This document shows positions 58,501-64,000 of a DNA stretch of 64,000 bases, one piece after another. Position 1 is the first letter of the stretch; every line of letters begins with the position of its first letter. Origin of the DNA: Methanobrevibacter sp. (lineage in GTDB: Archaea > Methanobacteriota > Methanobacteria > Methanobacteriales > Methanobacteriaceae); contig NZ_JBGULU010000036.1 in the NCBI RefSeq assembly GCF_045116495.1, positions 1,026-65,025 of the forward strand, read 5' to 3'. The notes under the pieces are model-generated. The model worked only from the letters and a program-made list of their open reading frames with translations. It was not told where the DNA came from and did not search any database. The translations under genes and the position numbers were made by a program.

Positions 58501-60732
58501 GAAACTGTACAGTACGTATTATCAGATTCAAATAACGATTTCAATAATTCTAACTTGTTGGCCTGTCTGGATTTGGCTAAAAAATATATTCAGTTAATTA
58601 ATGATAGTATTCAAAGTGAATTGGATGCGATGCTTGATGGTTTAAATGGCAGATATATTCCAATTAGTGAAGGTGGAGAAATTATTGCAAAACCTCATAT
58701 CATGCCTACTGGTAGAAACATGTTCCAGGATCAATCCTGTGAGCTTCCAACCAAAGAAGCATATGAATACGCTAAAACACTCGCACTTTTAACCTTGTCA
58801 GGTTTAAATGACACCACTGAAAAGATTATCATGGGAATCTGGTGTGTTGAAACTGCAAGAGATGATGGTGCTTTGGTTGCAAGCGTTCTTTATTTGCTTG
58901 GAATGAAACCTGTTTGGACAGATTCCCCAAGTGCAGGTATTGACCAGAACCATGACCATGATGACGAATCCACAACTGGTAAAAAAGTTAAAAACATGCC
59001 GGAATATGTTAAATTGGTTGATTTGGACCGTCCTGAAGGATGGGCTAAAAAGAGAATTGACGTAACAGTAATTACAAGTGGTCTGTTTAGGGATTTATAC
59101 TCTTCACAATCTATTCTTATGGATAATGCATTTAGAGTTGCACTAGCAAGATCCTATCTGACCATTACCTCCAATAAGACCTTAATGGAAAGTGAATATG
59201 GTCCTCAAGTAAAAGAAGCTATTGATTATATTATGGAAGGAATAGGATATTATGGTGTTAGTGGTGCCTATAGGGAATCTTTAGAAGATAACTATGTGGC
59301 AAAACACTGGCTTAATGATTGCCTGTATTATTTAAGCATTGGCTATAACGCAACTTATGCAGGTGAATGTGCTATTACAAGAATTTTTGCACCTCCAAAT
59401 GGAGATTACGGTGCAGGCATATCTAAATTGGTTTCAATGTCATGGACTTGGAATACCACTGAAGAATTGGCCGATTTCTATTTGGGAAGAATGGGTAACA
59501 TGTATTCTAAAAACTACTGGGGAGATACAAATCCACTAGTATTTTTAAGAGCATTATCCAATTCAGATACAATTGTAGCCAGTCGTAACACTAATCAGTA
59601 TGGTGTTCTTGATAATGATGACTTCTTTGACTATTGGGGAGGGCTGTCCATGACTGTTGAACAAATCTCAGGTAAAGCTCCTAACTTCAACGTTCTGATG
59701 TATGCTAATAAGAACACTCCCTACATTGCATCTCTAGAAGAAGTGATGTATCAAGAGATTGCATCAAGATACGATAATCCTGAATGGATTAAAGGAATGA
59801 TGAAAGAAGGTTATAGTGGGGCCCGTTACATGTCAAATAAATTTGTAACCAATTTATACGGTTGGCAAGTTACCAGACCTTCAGCAGTAAGTGATGACTT
59901 ATGGAACAGAGTTTATGATACTTATTTCAATGATAAATACAATGTGGGAGTTACAGATTGGTTGAAAAGCGGAAATAATGCATATTCATTTATATCCATG
60001 GGCGGAACAATGCTGACCAGCATCAAAGAAGGTTACTGGAAGGCTAATGATGCAACAATAAAAAATATTGCTAACTCATGGGCTCAAGCTACAGTAACAA
60101 GCGGCGTAGCATGTTGTGACTGTAGTTGTGGTAATATTGCAATGATGCAATGGGCTGTTCAATATGTAAATCCAGATATATTGGCACAACTGTTGCCAAA
60201 ATTATACGAAGCTACTAAAAATCCTGTATTTTTAAATAATACTCAAAATGCTCAACCGCAAGATGTTGAAGATACTTCTAATGTCGATCCTTCATCTCCG
60301 AATCCGCAAGAAGGTTCAGATTCATCATCAACAGTACCTTCAAATGCCACTACAAATACTCAAAGTAATTCAAAAAGCAGTACCAGTTCACAAAGTTCAG
60401 GCAATTCACAAGGTCAGGCAGCTTCAAATGTAGGTACCAATGGTCAATCTGGCAATCCTCAAGGTCAGGCAGCTTCAAACACTGGTGAAGCTAGTGAAAT
60501 CAGTGATGTCAGTGAAGCTGGTGATTCATCTTCACAGGGGGCAGATGTTAAAAAATCAATAGAAATAAATCCAATCACTTCACAATCCGCAAGTGAAGTC
60601 GGTTTGTCTATAATAGCAGTTCTTGGAATATTATGTTTAATAGGTGTAATTGGATTAGGATACTTCAGAAATAGGGATGAAGAAGAAAAGATTAATGATT
60701 TAGATAAATTATTCAATGAAAAAATTATTTAA
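55528..60732 (+). CDS. cobN: Exported, membrane-anchored CobN/magnesium-chelatase-like protein (HmuS/BtuS-like)
   Basis: YYNYPPGK, PQRGW, GRHATHEWLPGK, PTGRN, RIDV...SGLFRD, NPEWIKGM; N-terminal signal peptide, Ser/Gln linker and C-terminal TM helix. Confidence 0.85.
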   Translation: MFKINKKIVLIFIIIGLIFVSSQMVFAQNDNETNLELNSNSANVIEVQTNDDYQLNGISDDNNNLCSDNANLNNEKLSSSDNLTIFLVSDNPGTNILDAACKELYDEYDLKNVNLVVRSGYQVKEMDETEFARLLYDCDAFVGEWISADVDAVLTSVLSKDSTLSNKKMFFILEPPVGNLNSESSSIELIKQSTLNYNKIFNSFSNEELIAYFQSTKRGTTYTDVEQAIKNYGSDFNEMFNQMVLYKDIHDKDNLKNQILYVLNYFGMDIPYKEPAFRDSKLYGIYRDKWYSLDEYMNTFFKPENNRTIGILESTMYISSQQLHPCNAIMEYFESNGYNVIPVFAAGATPEQLRVMVESFTSAGSDISGFIANSSNYDIYVDAIISVVAYGVGGENFTVTNKFFEEIGVPVFRAVHSDYVSNEQWELGTSGLTTEKSDKWWHVAIAEAQGIIDATFIGGASSYISNTTGARIVTYIPHQGNVELLCERIDSWVDLQYMSNSEKLISLIYYNYPPGKQNIGSSYLDTITSIYNMLYSLKASGYNVGKLPSNVSELENLMLKCGINVATWAPGELEKLANQSDVVLLPVSEYTDWFETLPEIVKIQVKEGPIPYIGELAKRSVELNYTVTIGDTIDDWYNQIVSLLPENKSAEATKVLDNIVRALKDYTATHDYEYYNLFLSYYEEFKQLNIDGLTGWGESPGNVMVVNRNGTDYFVIPGLTFGNIFVAPEPQRGWESDIENLYHCTAVAPTHQYLAAYYYMQTYHPNAMVFTGRHATHEWLPGKEILLSSTDYGSVVVGEVPQLYFYITDGLGEAIQAKRRGFAVLISHLTSPLSYTHLYGNLTVAAKLVDQYLNAKNQSSKNEISGQLRNLIIDNDYSMNLGLKKEEVSNLTSDLLVEKVNNFLISTQSTIYPLGLHAIGQYWNEQDLASTVSVMMSFDFTLPNNKGETNLFDEISKYYYSSKYESLSSFQREFVSNKAYDICKALIYWDIETVQYVLSDSNNDFNNSNLLACLDLAKKYIQLINDSIQSELDAMLDGLNGRYIPISEGGEIIAKPHIMPTGRNMFQDQSCELPTKEAYEYAKTLALLTLSGLNDTTEKIIMGIWCVETARDDGALVASVLYLLGMKPVWTDSPSAGIDQNHDHDDESTTGKKVKNMPEYVKLVDLDRPEGWAKKRIDVTVITSGLFRDLYSSQSILMDNAFRVALARSYLTITSNKTLMESEYGPQVKEAIDYIMEGIGYYGVSGAYRESLEDNYVAKHWLNDCLYYLSIGYNATYAGECAITRIFAPPNGDYGAGISKLVSMSWTWNTTEELADFYLGRMGNMYSKNYWGDTNPLVFLRALSNSDTIVASRNTNQYGVLDNDDFFDYWGGLSMTVEQISGKAPNFNVLMYANKNTPYIASLEEVMYQEIASRYDNPEWIKGMMKEGYSGARYMSNKFVTNLYGWQVTRPSAVSDDLWNRVYDTYFNDKYNVGVTDWLKSGNNAYSFISMGGTMLTSIKEGYWKANDATIKNIANSWAQATVTSGVACCDCSCGNIAMMQWAVQYVNPDILAQLLPKLYEATKNPVFLNNTQNAQPQDVEDTSNVDPSSPNPQEGSDSSSTVPSNATTNTQSNSKSSTSSQSSGNSQGQAASNVGTNGQSGNPQGQAASNTGEASEISDVSEAGDSSSQGADVKKSIEINPITSQSASEVGLSIIAVLGILCLIGVIGLGYFRNRDEEEKINDLDKLFNEKII

Positions 60733-60741
60733 GGTGTTTAA

Positions 60742-61449
60742 ATGGATGCAATAAGTTTATTATGGCAATTAGGAATTTTATCGGCTGTTTTAATTTTCGG
60801 AATTAAACTGGGGTTAGCTACCGGTTTGGCCAACATGTCAAAAAGATATCTTGCTGTGGTTTCAATAGGATATGGAGCAGGAGTTCTGATTTTGACTGAA
60901 ATTGCTTCATTTTTTACAACACAAATTACCGATTTAATTTATACTTATAATTTTGAATTCTTTTTAATCATGGCTGTAATCATGATTCTGGCAGGAATTT
61001 TCACAATAAGGGAATACAAGGTATTTGAAAGAAACACTACCGCTGCAACATGCATGGCAATCGTTGCACCTTGTCCTTGCTGTTTCGGGTCAATTCTTGT
61101 AAGCATATTGCTGGTGGCTCCAACTATTGGTTTGGGGCTTATGAATTTGAGCCTTATTGTTGCTTTGGCATTGGTTTTGACAATTGTCGTAACCTATTTT
61201 GCATCAAATTATCTTATCAGGTTCATCAACAAACCTTATCCGATTGTTTTGGGAAACTTCATGTTCTTTTTGGGAATCTATTTCCTTTTATCAGCACTGT
61301 TCCTTCCGAACATAACTGCAATGATTCAAAGTCCAATGGAGGCCATTTCAATTGCATCTGTTGATAATGTAAGTATTGCAATAATCGTTATTTTGGCCAT
61401 AATGGCTATTGGTGGAATTATTTCAAAGAAAAATACAAATTTCAGGTGA
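60742..61449 (+). CDS. DUF2162-like predicted membrane transporter (HmuT-like)
   Basis: About 7 TM helices, FGIKLGL, PCPCC, LGNFM..G.YFL. Confidence 0.8.
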   Translation: MDAISLLWQLGILSAVLIFGIKLGLATGLANMSKRYLAVVSIGYGAGVLILTEIASFFTTQITDLIYTYNFEFFLIMAVIMILAGIFTIREYKVFERNTTAATCMAIVAPCPCCFGSILVSILLVAPTIGLGLMNLSLIVALALVLTIVVTYFASNYLIRFINKPYPIVLGNFMFFLGIYFLLSALFLPNITAMIQSPMEAISIASVDNVSIAIIVILAIMAIGGIISKKNTNFR

Positions 61450-61455
61450 TTATTA

Positions 61456-62100
61456 ATGGTGACAACTATTCCAGGCAGTGAAATATTAACCTCTGGGCTG
61501 AATATGATTTCCCAGAGCCTGCAGATTCCGGTTATAATATTTTTGGTTCTTTTTGCAATCTTTGCAGTAATTACTCTGGGAGGTCTTGTTGCTGAATATA
61601 CCTCCCGAAGAAAGATTTCAGTCGATTCGCTTGAAAAAATTATCTATAGTATATCTAATGCGTCATCAAATGAGGAAATTTTAAACATCATCAAAAATTC
61701 TAGGATATATGAGTCACAAAAAGTAATCTTGATTAAAATTCTGCGTGCAGATTCATTGTCAAATGAATCTAGACATACCCTGGCCAAAAAGCTCATTGAG
61801 GCTGAGGAAAACAAGTTCACCAAAAAGATTGAAAAGACTGATATCGTAACCCGTATCGGTCCGACCTTGGGACTGATGGGTACTTTGATTCCGATGGGTC
61901 CGGGTCTTGCAGCATTGGGTGCAGGAGATGTCAATACATTGGCCAATGCGATTATCGTTGCTTTCGATACTACTGTTGTAGGTATCGGTTCCGGTGCTGT
62001 TGCATATGTCGTATCCAAGATAAGGCGCAGATGGTATGAGGAATATCTATCAGATTTGGATGCATTGGCAGATACAGTATTGGATAAATTGAAAAGATAG
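61456..62100 (+). CDS. MotA/TolQ/ExbB proton channel family protein (HmuU-like)
   Basis: GPTLGLMGTLIPMGPGL, AFDTTVVG. Confidence 0.9.
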   Translation: MVTTIPGSEILTSGLNMISQSLQIPVIIFLVLFAIFAVITLGGLVAEYTSRRKISVDSLEKIIYSISNASSNEEILNIIKNSRIYESQKVILIKILRADSLSNESRHTLAKKLIEAEENKFTKKIEKTDIVTRIGPTLGLMGTLIPMGPGLAALGAGDVNTLANAIIVAFDTTVVGIGSGAVAYVVSKIRRRWYEEYLSDLDALADTVLDKLKR

Positions 62101-62106
62101 GAGTTT

Positions 62107-62442
62107 TTGGCAATGGTTCGTGAAAAAAACAGAAAAAGATTCGCTGAAGGCGAAGAAGATCCGATGGCAGGAACTTCAAACCTTGTAGATGCAATGTTGG
62201 TAATTGCAGTGGGACTTCTGATTTTTGTTGTAATCAGCTGGAATATGCAAAGCGTTGTTTTTCAGGATAGCCAGCAGCAAAAACCTATTGAACAGAACTC
62301 TCCCGATGTGACTGAAGTCAGTGAAGGACAGGTCCTCAATGAAACCCCTGACACTTCCAACGATTCCGGACAGGGATACATGGAAATGGGTAAGGTCTAT
62401 AAGGACCCTTCAACGGGAAAACTGATTATGGTTGAAGGATAA
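62107..62442 (+). CDS. DUF2149 protein (ExbD/HmuV-like)
   Basis: DPMAGTSNLVDAMLV single TM with conserved Asp; G..MG.VY.DP.TGKLIMV. Start may be ATG 62113. Confidence 0.85.
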   Translation: MAMVREKNRKRFAEGEEDPMAGTSNLVDAMLVIAVGLLIFVVISWNMQSVVFQDSQQQKPIEQNSPDVTEVSEGQVLNETPDTSNDSGQGYMEMGKVYKDPSTGKLIMVEG

Positions 62443-62713
62443 ATATCTTTCATAATTTTTCTTTTTTTTCCTTTTGTATTACTTTTTTTTACTTTTTTTA
62501 TAATTTGTATTACTTTTATTCTTTTTTTTTGATTTTTGAGTATTATTTTTTCCTTATTTTGGACAATAAAGTAATAATATGGTTAATTTTATATATTCTA
62601 TTTTTATAATAATAATTATATGCATATTCGTATTATGCATTTATTACTAGTGGATAGATTTTTATTATTTTTTTAATGTTCACTTGTTTTATTTAAAAAA
62701 TAGGAGGAATAAT

Positions 62714-64000
62714 TTGCGAAATAAGGTTAAAATTTCATTGTTATTATTAACACTGTTATTTGTCCTGGTTTTATCCATCTCTTCTACTTTTGCAGTAGAT
62801 GTGGATAATTATACGAACGAATTAACGGTTCTTAATGATGATGAATCTATTTCAATAGAAAATGTAGAAACTGGACTTGACGATACGTCCGGTGTGAATG
62901 TCGAAAAAGATAACAGTCGTTCAAATTTAAGTGCGTCTGTTAGTGAAAATGGAAAATTAGGTTATTCTCAGTCTACTTCTAATGCATATATCAAATTTGA
63001 TCAACAAGATATAACCATAAATGAAGGAGAAAGTGTAACAATCTCCGGAGGGCTAGTAGCAGGTAATAATGCTCAAGATCCGGGAGGTGCAGACTTTGAG
63101 TTAAAAGTAACATATGATGGTAAAGAGACTTATACAGCTTTAAACAATCATAGGTTTACTCTGACCCTTCCTGCTTCACATTTTGTTGCAAGCAAGTCTC
63201 CATATCAAATTAATTTTGAACCTGAAGATTCATTTGAATATGTAATGTCGTATGTAGAGGAAGGGGGTAATCCGGAAATGGTTAAGTCTTGGGTTATTGT
63301 AACAGTTAACAGTGCTACTTTTAATGAAGCATATGTTAATTATGCCAGCGGTAATGATAATAATAATGGAAGAAGTACAAGCACAGCATTTAAAACAATT
63401 GAACATGCTTTAAGCGAAATCGATGACGGAGGTACAATATATATCAGTGGCACTTATGAATTGGATGGCGTTGGCGTCAACGGTATAAGCATTAATAAAA
63501 ACATTAATATTGTCGGTTTAGGCGATGATGCTGTTATTGATGCGGATAATAACTGTAGAATATTCAATATCGGTGCTTACACAGTTGCCTTATCTAATTT
63601 GGCATTTGTCAATGGTAATGCGGCAAGCACTAGTGATAAAAAAGGTGGTGCTTTATATGTTAACGGCGCTACATTAACTGTCAATAACTGTAAATTCATA
63701 GATAACACTGCAGGTACCAGCTCATCCTACGGTGGTGCAATTAACCTAAAATCAAGTACAACAACCATTACAGATTCCTATTTCGAAGGCAACACCGCAC
63801 TCTATACAGGCGGTGCAATAAACACTGAAAACACCAATATCAAATTAGAAATCAGTGGAACAACTTTCACTGAAAACGGCCTTACAAATAGCGGATGGTC
63901 ATATGGAGGAACAATTTGCGCATATGCTACTGTGACAATTGACAAATCCATATTCTATGGCAATGTACTAGCCAATACAAATGGTAGAAGTATAAACATG
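62714..64000 (+). CDS. Adhesin-like surface protein, 3' end truncated by window (absent from ORF track)
   Basis: AGGAGG RBS at 62702, TTG start, signal peptide MRNKVKISLLLLTLLFVLVLSISSTFA; contains the same beta-helix module as the 2942-aa protein. Confidence 0.85.
   Translation, partial: MRNKVKISLLLLTLLFVLVLSISSTFAVDVDNYTNELTVLNDDESISIENVETGLDDTSGVNVEKDNSRSNLSASVSENGKLGYSQSTSNAYIKFDQQDITINEGESVTISGGLVAGNNAQDPGGADFELKVTYDGKETYTALNNHRFTLTLPASHFVASKSPYQINFEPEDSFEYVMSYVEEGGNPEMVKSWVIVTVNSATFNEAYVNYASGNDNNNGRSTSTAFKTIEHALSEIDDGGTIYISGTYELDGVGVNGISINKNINIVGLGDDAVIDADNNCRIFNIGAYTVALSNLAFVNGNAASTSDKKGGALYVNGATLTVNNCKFIDNTAGTSSSYGGAINLKSSTTTITDSYFEGNTALYTGGAINTENTNIKLEISGTTFTENGLTNSGWSYGGTICAYATVTIDKSIFYGNVLANTNGRSINM

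Overview
AT-rich chromosomal segment from a methanogenic archaeon, most likely Methanobrevibacter (Methanobacteriales), judged from the histone, Alba, PolD small subunit, TfrA, CfbA-like chelatases and adhesin-like proteins. Bases 1-39 kb are mostly core genes around a probable replication origin: cdc6 plus an intergenic cluster of TTACA(C/G)TTGAAAT ORB repeats at 25.55-26.18 kb. Bases 39-64 kb are an accessory region with a decayed IS1182-like element, pseudogenes, giant DUF3344-type surface proteins and an hmuSTUV-like operon (exported CobN-like chelatase, DUF2162, MotA/ExbB, DUF2149). Most notable: (1) a parA gene paired with a non-canonical partner (ParB-type N-terminal GLGKGL peptide, acidic linker, RHH-like C-terminus), preceded by about 50 in-phase 7-bp units with consensus TAA(G/C)TTA, with a second small array 10 kb away, a candidate centromere-based segregation system; (2) a bacterial-type FMN riboswitch upstream of archaeal ribB; (3) the surface tetrapyrrole/metal-salvage locus; (4) a small RHH gene missing from the ORF track. 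All family calls are by motif recognition, not database search.
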